Notes: a model not told the origin generated them from the letters alone. 46,729 nucleotides of DNA from an uncultured Methanosarcinales archaeon (GCA_964581965.1 CAZOPU010000001.1:1-46729), one strand, 5' to 3'; shown: positions 1 to 9,055, counted from the stretch's first letter. Numbers and translations: made by a program.

Positions 1-219
1 TTCAAGTATATCTCCAGATAAATTCTCAGGAATATTAGCTTTTAACAGAACAAGAAAGTTAAATAATACTTATTTTATGGATGCATCTATAAATTTTGAT
101 AATAAAATTTTTGGAGAGATTATATTTAACACAAAATTTCGATAACAGAAAATAATAAAATAAAAGAAATATGTGTGTAATGACTGGATGTATTTTTACT
201 GTGTAAATATATGTGACAT

Positions 220-1389
220 TCAGCCAAACATTCCTATGAATTCGCTGTTGTCTTCTTCCTCAAGACGTTTCACTTTTTTTATGGCGTCCTCTATATCTTT
301 CTGGATTACCTTTGTCCTGTTTTCCCTTATTGCAAAGTATCCTGCTTCAGTGCATACTGCCTTTACTTCCGCGCCTGAGAATCCGTCCATTAATTTTAGA
401 ATCTTATCTTCGTTTATTTTCTTGTCCAGGCTCATGTTTTTTGAGTGAATTAAGAGAATCTGCCTTAGTCCCTCTTTGTTTGGTGCAGGAACTTCTATTA
501 GCCTGTCAAGTCTTCCTGGTCTAAGTATTGCTGGGTCAAGGATATCTTTTCTGTTTGTGCATCCTATTATTTTGACATTATCCAGGGGCTTGAACCCATC
601 TATTTCAGCCAGGAACTGCATAAATGTTCTTTGAACTTCTCTCTCTCCTGATGTTCCTAGGTCTATTCTTTTTGCAGCTATAGCATCCATTTCGTCTATG
701 AATATTATGCTTGGTGATCTTTCCCTTGCAAGCTTAAATATATCCTTAACAAGCTTAGCGCCTTCTCCAATGAATTTCTGCACTAGCTCGGAGCCAACTA
801 TTTCTATGAAAGTACTATTTGTGGATGATGCGACTGCTTTTGCTAGGAGAGTCTTTCCTGTTCCAGGCGGACCGTGGAGAAGAATTCCTTTTGGAGGAGT
901 TATTCCTACTTTCTTGAAAAGCTCAGGCTTTGTCAATGGAAGTTCTACAACTTCTTTAAGTTCATTTTCCTGCTCTTTCAATCCTCCTATCTGGTCCCAT
1001 GAAACATGAGGTTGCTCTATTATTACAAACTGCTCAACTTCTACCTTTGTCTCTTTGTCTATTTTGTCTATAACAGTAAGATTCTTTTGTTCTACCGTGA
1101 CTATATCTCCTATTTTTAGATCCTTTAAAGTGTTAGAAACATTTACAAGAAACTTGTTTCCGTTTGGAAGTTTTATTATTGCTGTTTTTTCCATTACGTC
1201 AGATACTTCTGCAAGCATGAGCGCTGGAGTCCTAAATCTGTCCAATTCCATCTTCAATTGAAAGACGGTTTCTCTAAGAATCCTATTTTCCTGCTCTATT
1301 GCATTGTTCTGGTCTTGGTCTTTTTGAGCCTGTGCCTGTGGAACAAACTTATTGCCGTTTTCAGGAATTTTCTGGACATTTGTTTTCAT
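220..1389 (-). CDS. pan: Proteasome-activating nucleotidase (PAN), AAA+ ATPase
   Basis: 389-aa ORF with an N-terminal coiled-coil/OB-like region followed by a single AAA+ module. Walker A is GPPGTGKT and Walker B is IIFIDEMD. Size and architecture are typical of archaeal PAN. Confidence 0.9.
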   Translation of the reverse strand: MKTNVQKIPENGNKFVPQAQAQKDQDQNNAIEQENRILRETVFQLKMELDRFRTPALMLAEVSDVMEKTAIIKLPNGNKFLVNVSNTLKDLKIGDIVTVEQKNLTVIDKIDKETKVEVEQFVIIEQPHVSWDQIGGLKEQENELKEVVELPLTKPELFKKVGITPPKGILLHGPPGTGKTLLAKAVASSTNSTFIEIVGSELVQKFIGEGAKLVKDIFKLARERSPSIIFIDEMDAIAAKRIDLGTSGEREVQRTFMQFLAEIDGFKPLDNVKIIGCTNRKDILDPAILRPGRLDRLIEVPAPNKEGLRQILLIHSKNMSLDKKINEDKILKLMDGFSGAEVKAVCTEAGYFAIRENRTKVIQKDIEDAIKKVKRLEEEDNSEFIGMFG

Positions 1390-1507
1390 GCAATGAAGAA
1401 AGACAAAGGGATTTTTAAAGCTTGGGGTGGATTTAAGAATAAATTTTTATATGAAGCATATTTTTAAGCTCTTATTAACTAAGAAAAGCTCCAGAGGGGA
1501 TTGTATA

Positions 1508-2539
1508 ATGGATGTAAATAAAAAGTTTGAACTTATAACAAGGGATCTCCAGGAAGTTGTAGGGGATGACAAATTAAAGGAAATCTTGAAGGAAAGAGAT
1601 ATCAAGGTTTATTGGGGAACTGCTCCGACTGGAAGACCTCATTTAGGATATTTTGTTCCGATGTTCAAGATAGCTGATATGCTTGAGGCTGGATGCCATG
1701 TTACTATTTTATTTGCGGATATGCATGCATATCTTGATAATTTAAAAACCAGCTGGGAGCTCCTTGATTACAGGACAAAATATTATGAGTTTGTAATAAC
1801 CGAAATGCTTAAGCACATAGGTGTGTCCATAACAAAACTTAAATTTGTAAAGGGGACTGATTTTCAGTTAGGTGCGGAGTACAGCCTTGACATGTATAAA
1901 ATATCTACTTTAGCAACTACAAGGGATACGCAGAAGGCTGGCGCGGAAGTTGTAAAACAGCTAGAGACTCCTAAGATGAGCGGGCTTCTTTATCCTATAC
2001 TTCAGGCATTGGATGAGCAGTACCTTAATGTGGATGCGCAGTTTGGAGGGGTTGATCAGAGAAAGATATTCATGTTTGCAAGAGAGTTCCTCCCAAAAGT
2101 TGGATATGACAAAAGAATACATCTCATGAATCCACTTATTCCTGGATTGGGGGAAAGCGGAAAGATGAGCAGCAGTGAGCCCAATTCTAAGATTGACTTC
2201 GAGGATGATGATGCAAAGGTTAAATCAAAAATAAACAAGGCTTATTGCGTTGATGGTGTCGTGGAGGGAAATGGTCTTCTGGCAATAATGAAATATATAA
2301 TTTTCAAGCAGCTTCAAAGGGAAAAAAGGGAGTTTATAGTAGAAAGGCCTGAAAAATATGGAGGAAACATAAGTTTCTCAGATTATGACGAGCTCGAAAA
2401 AGCATTCGAAGAGAAAAAGCTTTCATCTATAGACTTAAAGGGGGCTTTGGCGTCTGAACTAATAAAGTTCATTTCTCCTATAAGGGAAAAACTGGAGTAT
2501 AAAAAGGACCTAATAAAAAAAGCGTATCCTGAGAAATAA
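1508..2539 (+). CDS. tyrS: Tyrosyl-tRNA synthetase, archaeal/eukaryal type
   Basis: Class I aaRS with a HIGH-like PHLGY motif and a KMSSS motif; length is about 343 aa. Start moved to ATG 1508 (MDVNKKFELITR...) because the 27 upstream codons of the track ORF look like AT-rich intergenic read-through. Confidence 0.9.
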   Translation: MDVNKKFELITRDLQEVVGDDKLKEILKERDIKVYWGTAPTGRPHLGYFVPMFKIADMLEAGCHVTILFADMHAYLDNLKTSWELLDYRTKYYEFVITEMLKHIGVSITKLKFVKGTDFQLGAEYSLDMYKISTLATTRDTQKAGAEVVKQLETPKMSGLLYPILQALDEQYLNVDAQFGGVDQRKIFMFAREFLPKVGYDKRIHLMNPLIPGLGESGKMSSSEPNSKIDFEDDDAKVKSKINKAYCVDGVVEGNGLLAIMKYIIFKQLQREKREFIVERPEKYGGNISFSDYDELEKAFEEKKLSSIDLKGALASELIKFISPIREKLEYKKDLIKKAYPEK

Positions 2540-2644
2540 TTCAGTTCATATTTTATTCTTGTTTTGTTTAGGTTTCATTAATTTTATATATTGAATATGT
2601 TTTTCCGTTTTCTTAATTAACTATTTTAAAGTGGAGGATTTTAA

Positions 2645-3250
2645 ATGAAAGTTATGAACGATTTGACTGCAGAAGTCTTAAAATGCGAGTTGGAGCGACA
2701 CAGAGCAAAAGATAAGAGTAAAAATTCTAGTTTTGATGATTTTTCATACATTCAGGAAATTGAGAATGCGTATAAAGTAAGATTCATAGGGATTCATATA
2801 TCTGGAGATAAATTAAACCTTAACGTTTACAAGGAAAAAGGAGACTCGGGACAGTATACTACAGGAATAATTTCTCTTCCTAATTTCAGGAAGTCAGATA
2901 CTGCGTTGAGATTTGCAAATTCTGTTTCAGAGCTAGTCCTTAAAAGAGTGGAAATAAGAGGGACAGACACATATTCCAAGATGAAGGAGGAGCTTAGGGC
3001 TCTTCAGGAGAAAGAGATAAAAGCAGAGAGTGTGAATGATGCGCCTGTAAATGGCCCTCAGGAATTCTACGACCCTAATTATTACAAGAAATACTTGAAC
3101 GGAAAGAATGGGGAAAAGACCCCTACTTTGGAAGAACTAACATTGACAGTAGGTGCACTCAATCTTATGCCTGACTTGAATACAATAAGAACGCAGGCAA
3201 GATTTGTAAAGAACAATGTTGTTAATTATGCGTCCAAGTATGTAGCATAA
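2645..3250 (+). CDS. Hypothetical protein (201 aa), no recognisable domain
   Basis: Long ORF preceded by GGAGG 6 nt upstream of the ATG. Soluble, charged composition. No motif recognised. Confidence 0.5.
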   Translation: MKVMNDLTAEVLKCELERHRAKDKSKNSSFDDFSYIQEIENAYKVRFIGIHISGDKLNLNVYKEKGDSGQYTTGIISLPNFRKSDTALRFANSVSELVLKRVEIRGTDTYSKMKEELRALQEKEIKAESVNDAPVNGPQEFYDPNYYKKYLNGKNGEKTPTLEELTLTVGALNLMPDLNTIRTQARFVKNNVVNYASKYVA

Positions 3251-3309
3251 TTTTTCTTGTTTTTTTATTTAATTCTTTTGTGTATTTTTTATATTTAATA
3301 ATTATTAAT

Positions 3310-3807
3310 TTAAGCAAATAGAGCAATGCTTCCTACAATTATTATAAGGGAATAGTTTATTATCATATGCCATTTGTTGCTCCAGGGAATACCGTCGAAC
3401 TTGAAGTCTGAAATAGGATAAAATATAGGAGTTCCAAAAAAATCCCTTTCGTGGCTTGGTATGTCTACAATTATGTGAAGAATCCAGGGTAGGATGTAAA
3501 AAGAATATTCTTTTTTGATAAAGAAAAGTACTATGAATATAGTTCCTACAACAATAAGACTGTGCGTCCAGTTGTATATTTCTGACACATAAGAAGGCAT
3601 TTTTCTTTTCTTCCATGTGTTTTCATTTTCTGCTCTTGCTCTCTTAAAATTTAGCGATTTGTTATAAATCATCTGGATTATAAGAGGCACAAATGCAACT
3701 AAGTCTGGTATTATGGAGAAAATAACTAAGAGATACGGATTTAAATCAGGAAAAAGAAGCAGCTTGAAGATTATCAAGCCCCATAATGAATGAGCCAGAA
3801 TGTCCAT
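3310..3807 (-). CDS. Membrane protein, DUF457/YdjM-like putative membrane-bound metal-dependent hydrolase
   Basis: The N-terminus MDILAHSLWG and later His-containing motifs (WTHSL, DIPSHERD) interspersed with TM helices resemble the DUF457 family. Assignment is by eye only. Confidence 0.5.
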   Translation of the reverse strand: MDILAHSLWGLIIFKLLLFPDLNPYLLVIFSIIPDLVAFVPLIIQMIYNKSLNFKRARAENENTWKKRKMPSYVSEIYNWTHSLIVVGTIFIVLFFIKKEYSFYILPWILHIIVDIPSHERDFFGTPIFYPISDFKFDGIPWSNKWHMIINYSLIIIVGSIALFA

Positions 3808-3932
3808 GAATTTTGGGATTGTGGGGTATTAATATATGTTATGGTCTTGTAGCACCTATTAAAATAGTATCTAAAATTTAAAAATGCATAAAATCAAAGA
3901 ACAAATGTAATAATAAATATAAAATTAAAAAC

Positions 3933-4196
3933 TTAAATTATATCTTCCTCGGCAACAACCATAAAGTCGCCTACTGCGATTACTGCAGAGAATGGAATTA
4001 ATGGATCTCCTTCCTTATTCTTCTCAAGCTCTAATTTCTTCGCGTATGGAGTAGAATTTACGAGTACAAGGTGTATTAATTCGCCCGATGTCGTTTCAAA
4101 GATTATATCTCCTACTTCTCCGAATCTTTTTCCTGTCTTAGAAACTACTGTTTTACCAATCAACTGTTTTGAATATTTTTTTTCTTCTTCGGCCAT
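3933..4196 (-). CDS. PRC-barrel domain protein (87 aa)
   Basis: Pattern LIGKTVVSKTGKRFGEVGDIIFETTSGELIHLVL ... IPFSAVIAVGDFMVV is typical of small archaeal PRC-barrel proteins. Confidence 0.7.
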   Translation of the reverse strand: MAEEEKKYSKQLIGKTVVSKTGKRFGEVGDIIFETTSGELIHLVLVNSTPYAKKLELEKNKEGDPLIPFSAVIAVGDFMVVAEEDII

Positions 4197-4350
4197 GTGA
4201 CATACCCTCTTGAATGTTACTTCTAATGGTTAGATAAAGTTCTATTTACTATTTAAAGTTTTCGCAAAAATAGAGGAAAGAGCTATGTGAAGTTAAGTCA
4301 AGAAGGAGTCTGAATATGGCCGTCCTTTTAAATTAACTTAAAATAGGAGG

Positions 4351-4418
4351 TGCGCTCAGCAGTTACTTCCGATCGTCATTCCAATTAGGTCAGCGGGTGT
4401 TCACTTCGTCATCGCGCA
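4351..4418 (-). ncRNA. C/D box sRNA (2'-O-methylation guide) with variant AUGACGA C and C' boxes
   Basis: The minus strand reads UGCGC-G-AUGACGA-(12 nt)-CUGA-(10 nt)-AUGACGA-(13 nt)-CUGA-GCGCA. C box 4406-4412, D' 4390-4393, C' 4373-4379, D 4356-4359. A 5-bp terminal stem pairs 4414-4418 with 4351-4355. It is a GC-rich island in an AT-rich intergenic region, with a TATA-like tract about 25 nt upstream on the minus strand. Confidence 0.6.
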
Positions 4419-4475
4419 ATGTTGGAACGGAAAGCTGATATAAATATTTATATATTAAGCAATACGCGTTATTAT

Positions 4476-5360
4476 ATGGCCAAAAAGAAGGAAAAAGCTG
4501 CAAAGCAAAAAAAGGAATCCCCAAAACAAAAGAAGAAAAACGAGTTCGTGGGCGCAATTAAGTCAATTGGGCTTGGTATTTGGTGGATTTTTAAGGGAAT
4601 TTGGTGGCTCTTAAAGCATTTTTTCAAGGGAATATACTGGCTCTCTGAGAAAATAGTTTCATTTGCATTAAAAGAGAGAAATCCTGGCAAGGGCAAATTA
4701 AAGACATCAGGAAATGAAAAAGTGGCAAAACTTACAGTCCTTGAAACACAAAAAGGAAACTACAAGGATTTTTGGACTAAGCTCAAGAATTCTGATTCTA
4801 TGATAGGGCTTATTGTAGGCGCAAGAGGATCAGGCAAAACAGCAGTAGCGCTTAGTTTTTTTGAAAACCTTAAAGGAGGAAAAGATAAATTCTTCGCAAT
4901 GGGGTTCCAAAGCAAAGACCTCCCTGAATGGATACAAATAATAGAGAAAGTAGAGGATATAGAGAACGATTCATTCGTTGTAATAGATGAGGGAGGAATA
5001 TTGTTCTCGTCAAGGGATTCAATGTCAAATCCTAACAAGCTTCTTTCGGAGTTGCTTTTTATAGCAAGACACAAGAACCTAACAATAATGTTTATATCCC
5101 AGAATTCTTCAAACATAGAAATAAATACAATAAGGCAGGCGGATTTTATACTTCTAAAGAAATCATCTCTTTTGCAAAAAGATTTTGAAAGAAAAAAAAT
5201 TGCGGATATATACACAGAATACGCAGACGGATTTGAAAAATACAGAAACCAGAAAGGTCTTACTCTTATTTATTCGGATCAATTTGTAGGATTCATAAAC
5301 AATGAGCTTCCTTCTTTCTGGTCTACTAATGTAAGTAAAGGATTCAGGGATACAAAATAG
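4476..5360 (+). CDS. Membrane-associated P-loop NTPase (FtsK/HerA/Zot-like)
   Basis: Walker A GARGSGKT, Walker B FVVIDEGG, then ARHKNLTIMFISQN (Arg/Gln sensor-like region as in FtsK/HerA-type ATPases). The N-terminus has a K-rich tail and a Trp-rich hydrophobic segment (GIWWIFKGIWWLLKHFFKGIYWL). Start set to ATG 4476 (MAKKKEK...). Confidence 0.65.
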   Translation: MAKKKEKAAKQKKESPKQKKKNEFVGAIKSIGLGIWWIFKGIWWLLKHFFKGIYWLSEKIVSFALKERNPGKGKLKTSGNEKVAKLTVLETQKGNYKDFWTKLKNSDSMIGLIVGARGSGKTAVALSFFENLKGGKDKFFAMGFQSKDLPEWIQIIEKVEDIENDSFVVIDEGGILFSSRDSMSNPNKLLSELLFIARHKNLTIMFISQNSSNIEINTIRQADFILLKKSSLLQKDFERKKIADIYTEYADGFEKYRNQKGLTLIYSDQFVGFINNELPSFWSTNVSKGFRDTK

Positions 5361-5380
5361 TGCCCATTTATTGTGTGGGC

Positions 5381-6331
5381 TTATTTTAGCTCTGAATAAA
5401 TCCTCTCGAATTCCTTAACATACTCATCTACTATGTTCTGCTGCCTTAATATTATTATGTTCTCGTCGTTTCTGGTATTTGCAGATTTTGTGGGGTTAAA
5501 ACTTCCAGTAATTACAGTTGTATTGTCTATTATGAATATCTTATTGTGCTGCAATGTTTTTTCATTATCAAGAACAACTTCTATTTCGCTTTCATTTATT
5601 ATAGGATAGACCCAATGAACTGTATCCTGGTAGCTTTCAATGACTCCTTTCACGTCGAGACCTGAATTATTCTTCTCTATAAGCAGGTTTGCTATTGTTT
5701 CATCTGTAAATGAATACATAAGGAAATAAATTGAGCTGTTTGCCTTTTCCAATTCCTCCAGGACTTGTTTCTGGCAGTAATCCTGAGGACAGAAATAATT
5801 CTCAAGCTCATAGCCGTTTAATATAATCCTTGTATTTCTGGTCCTTTCCTTTCCCGAATAATAGTCTTTCTGCAGCTCATCAAATTCTTTTTCATAATTC
5901 CTTGCAAGAAGTGCTGATTCAATAATTAAAACATTATCCTTGTTCTGGTTGTTAGTTGGATTATGGCTGCCTGTTATCACTTTTTTGTTATCCAGGATGC
6001 AGAATTTATCATGCATAAGTCCCTCTGTGTATCTGCCTAGACCATAATCATCTATATTTTCATAGTGCATTATAAGTGACGCATTTTTTTTCTCTAACTC
6101 TTTTTCTATAAGTTCATCATTGAGCTCGAAAAATGCACATTTTATATTTTCTGCAGCAGAAATTTCATTATATATTATCTTGTTGCAATTTTCCTCTGGA
6201 CAGAAATATACATCAACAGATCCGTTTTCTGAATTGTTAATTATTTTTAGCTTCTCCCCTGATTTTTCTAAAAGAATAATTCCTGCTGCAAGGAAAATTA
6301 TTAGAATAATTAAAAAATATTTTAGCTTCAT
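5381..6331 (-). CDS. Secreted or membrane-anchored phospholipase D-family protein (two HKD motifs)
   Basis: N-terminal TM/signal segment plus two HxKxxxxD...GSxN motifs: HDKFCILDNKKVITGSHN and HNKIFIIDNTTVITGSFN. Confidence 0.85.
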   Translation of the reverse strand: MKLKYFLIILIIFLAAGIILLEKSGEKLKIINNSENGSVDVYFCPEENCNKIIYNEISAAENIKCAFFELNDELIEKELEKKNASLIMHYENIDDYGLGRYTEGLMHDKFCILDNKKVITGSHNPTNNQNKDNVLIIESALLARNYEKEFDELQKDYYSGKERTRNTRIILNGYELENYFCPQDYCQKQVLEELEKANSSIYFLMYSFTDETIANLLIEKNNSGLDVKGVIESYQDTVHWVYPIINESEIEVVLDNEKTLQHNKIFIIDNTTVITGSFNPTKSANTRNDENIIILRQQNIVDEYVKEFERIYSELK

Positions 6332-6402
6332 TTTTAGCTTTAATAAAAGGATTATTAAAAACTTTTCTTCTTACTATCCGAATAATTGTTGTTTGTGCAA
6401 TG

Positions 6403-6996
6403 CTAGAATCCCAGTCCTGTCCTTATAAAATCTATTCCCCATGCAAGTGTTATTAATCCAAGTATGGTGGATGTAACCTGCAATGGTATAGGGCTGATTT
6501 TTTCTGGGAACTTTGAAAGAAGCATAAATATTATGCCCGCTATTAGCAGTACAATGAACACAGCCAGTCCTGTTTTTAGTATTCCATAATCAGTTGTTGA
6601 TATTATTATAGTTGTTATTGCGGCGGGACCTGTGAGCAAAGGAGTGCCTATAAGTGATGCAATTCCTATGTGGGAAGATGTTGTCGAATTCTTGTCTTTT
6701 TTATCGTTGTCGCTCGCTAGCTCATAGCCCAGCGACATTTTAAGTCCTAATATTGCTAATAGTATTCCTCCTGCAATCTTTATGTCATTTATGTTGGTGC
6801 TGAACAACGAAAGGAAAGAGTTTCCGAATATAAGGAATATTGCAGAAATCAGCATTGCAACAAGTGTTGCATAAATTCCTATCTTTACCCTGTTCTTGTA
6901 GTCCATGCTTTTTGTGGCTGAAATAAAAACCATTCCACTTAGCAACGGATCAAAAATCACAAAAAACAATACTATTAACTGAATTAACTCGTGCAT
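6403..6996 (-). CDS. MarC-family integral membrane protein (UPF0056)
   Basis: 197 aa with about 6 TM helices. The N-terminus LFFVIFDPLLSGMVF and overall layout are typical of MarC/UPF0056. Confidence 0.7.
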   Translation of the reverse strand: MHELIQLIVLFFVIFDPLLSGMVFISATKSMDYKNRVKIGIYATLVAMLISAIFLIFGNSFLSLFSTNINDIKIAGGILLAILGLKMSLGYELASDNDKKDKNSTTSSHIGIASLIGTPLLTGPAAITTIIISTTDYGILKTGLAVFIVLLIAGIIFMLLSKFPEKISPIPLQVTSTILGLITLAWGIDFIRTGLGF

Positions 6997-7249
6997 TTTA
7001 TATTAGTAATCAAATCATTATAAAAATGTTTCTCTGTATGCTAATTTAGATTCTGCACATTAGATTTGCATCGTATATTTTATTTTTATTTTGCATAGAT
7101 GTTTATTTTGTAAATAATAAATGTTGCAATTAATAGAAGTATCAACTCAATCTTACTCACTTAGTGAAAAAATCTTATTTAATAGTAACTCCGTGTAAAA
7201 AGCCGCAATAAACAAAAGGTTTAAATGTGTGAAAACATATTTTGTTTTT

Positions 7250-8929
7250 ATGGAAAGGTTCTTTAGGCCGCCAGAGGTGAGGAAGATAGCTTATTTCTCT
7301 ATGGAGATAGGGCTATTCAGCGATATGCCAACATACAGCGGAGGCCTCGGAATACTAGCTGGCGACACAATAAAAAGTGCGGCAGATCTTAGTGTTCCAA
7401 TGGTTGCTGTTTCTTTGATTCATGAAAAAGGATATTTTTCCCAAAAGATAAATGAAAAGGGAGAACAGATAGAAATTCCTAGCAATTGGAGAAAGGAAGA
7501 TTTCCTAGAGCCTCTGACTGCGGAAGTAATAGTATTAATTGAAGGAAGGGAAGTAAGGGTAAAGTGCTGGAGAAAAACAATAAAGGGAATAAAAGATTAT
7601 GAAGTCCCGATTTTATTTCTCGACACAAATGTTCCTGGAAACTCGGAGTATGACCGAACACTGACATCTCATCTTTACGGAGGAGATACTAAGTACAGGT
7701 TCTGCCAGGAGATGATATTAGGAATAGGTGGAACAAGGATGCTTAGAGCCTTGGGATACAGTGAAATAAAAAAATTCCACATGAATGAAGGACATGCATG
7801 CCTTCTTACTCTTGAGCTGCTTAAAGAAAGTTTTTTCCACGATCTTGAGGAAATAAAGAGAAGGTGTGTTTTTACTACGCACACACCAGTTCCCGCAGGT
7901 CACGACAGGTTTGATCCTGCAATGATACGTCAGCTTATGCCTGAATTCCCATTCAATGTTCCAGAATTGTACGATGAGGAGAAAAAAATAAACATGACTC
8001 TGGTGGGATTGCATTTCAGCAATTACATCAATGGAGTTGCAAAGAAACACGGTGAAGTATCTAGGGAGATGTTTCCTAATTATCCTATACATTCAATAAC
8101 AAACGGAGTCCATTCTGCAACATGGACATGCGATGCATTCCAGGAATTATTTGACAGGCACATTCCTGAATGGAGACTGGATTCATTCACGCTAAGATAT
8201 GCTGCAGGAATCCCTGCAAAAGAAGTTTATGATGCACATATGAAGGCAAAAAGAGTGCTCATAGATGAGATAAACAGGAAATACAATGAGAAATTTGACG
8301 CAGATACGCTTACAATAGGTTTTGCCAGAAGGGCTACTGCATACAAAAGACCAGATCTTATATTCAGGGATATAGAAAGGCTTAAAGAAATATCCAAGAA
8401 GGGAAAAATACAGTTTGTTTTTGCAGGAAAAGCCCACGCCAGGGATTTCAGCGGTAAAGAGATAATAAAGGAAATATTCTCTCTTAGAAATAAGCTTGGA
8501 GACAACATAAAATTAGTATACCTTGAAAATTATGAGATGAATCTTTCAAAAAAGATTGTTTCAGGAGTGGATATATGGCTTAATACTCCTATGAGACCCA
8601 GGGAAGCTTCAGGTACAAGCGGAATGAAGGCAGCACACAACGGCGTTCCCAATTTCAGCATTCTTGATGGCTGGTGGCTAGAGGGATGCATAGAAAATGT
8701 GACTGGCTGGGCGATAGGAGATGAAAAATCAGTTAAAGAAGAAAAAGTACAGGATGAATTGGATTCTAAGTCACTTTATGACAAGCTTGAAAATATAATT
8801 ATTCCAACTTATTACTTTGACAAAAATAAGCTTGCAGAAATAATGAAATCTGAAATAGTAATAAACGCATCTTTCTTCAATACCCACAGGATGGTAAGCC
8901 AGTACGTGCTAAAAGCCTACTTCCACTAA
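7250..8929 (+). CDS. glgP: Alpha-glucan (glycogen/maltodextrin) phosphorylase, GT35 short archaeal type
   Basis: IAYFSMEIG near the N-terminus, the PLP-lysine region EASGTSGMKAAHNG, and WLNTPMRPREASG. Track ORF starts at GTG 7229; ATG 7250 is chosen here and either is possible. Confidence 0.9.
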   Translation: MERFFRPPEVRKIAYFSMEIGLFSDMPTYSGGLGILAGDTIKSAADLSVPMVAVSLIHEKGYFSQKINEKGEQIEIPSNWRKEDFLEPLTAEVIVLIEGREVRVKCWRKTIKGIKDYEVPILFLDTNVPGNSEYDRTLTSHLYGGDTKYRFCQEMILGIGGTRMLRALGYSEIKKFHMNEGHACLLTLELLKESFFHDLEEIKRRCVFTTHTPVPAGHDRFDPAMIRQLMPEFPFNVPELYDEEKKINMTLVGLHFSNYINGVAKKHGEVSREMFPNYPIHSITNGVHSATWTCDAFQELFDRHIPEWRLDSFTLRYAAGIPAKEVYDAHMKAKRVLIDEINRKYNEKFDADTLTIGFARRATAYKRPDLIFRDIERLKEISKKGKIQFVFAGKAHARDFSGKEIIKEIFSLRNKLGDNIKLVYLENYEMNLSKKIVSGVDIWLNTPMRPREASGTSGMKAAHNGVPNFSILDGWWLEGCIENVTGWAIGDEKSVKEEKVQDELDSKSLYDKLENIIIPTYYFDKNKLAEIMKSEIVINASFFNTHRMVSQYVLKAYFH

Positions 8930-8978
8930 CCAGTACGCCCGTTAACGCTCTAAGGGTCTCGCTTTGCTCGAGCCCTTA
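8928..8978 (+). repeat. Solo copy of the dispersed core+hairpin element, abutting the glgP stop codon
   Basis: Core AACCAGTACGCCCGTTAACGC at 8928-8948; its first two A's are the last two bases of the glgP TAA. Hairpin TAAGGG(T)CTCG / CGAGCCCTTA has loop CTTTGCT. No flanking duplication detected. Confidence 0.6.
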
Positions 8979-9055
8979 ATTCTTTTCTTTTTGAAAGAGA
9001 TAAAATTTATAATGCGGAATAAATTCTTTAATTGTACAATCAGGAGGTTTATTTT

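Noticed and set aside
1427-1507. N-terminal extensions of track ORFs (1427 for tyrS, 4419 for the ATPase, 43396 for the histone, 15560 for the MinD-operon ORF)
   Set aside because: The extensions run through AT-rich promoter-like sequence and add residues with no homology pattern. Internal ATGs give canonical N-termini. For the histone, a TATA-like box overlaps the upstream ATG.
3305-3616. 103-aa ORF overlapping 3310-3807 on the same strand in another frame
   Set aside because: It is Cys/Arg-rich with no motif and is fully nested in the longer ORF, which shows coherent TM helices and the DUF457-like N-terminus.
3933-6331. Integrated virus or plasmid remnant (small ATPase plus PLD/Nuc-like gene)
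   Set aside because: No integrase, capsid or replication gene, flanking att repeat or obvious compositional shift is visible. It is kept only as a low-weight hypothesis in the ATPase finding.
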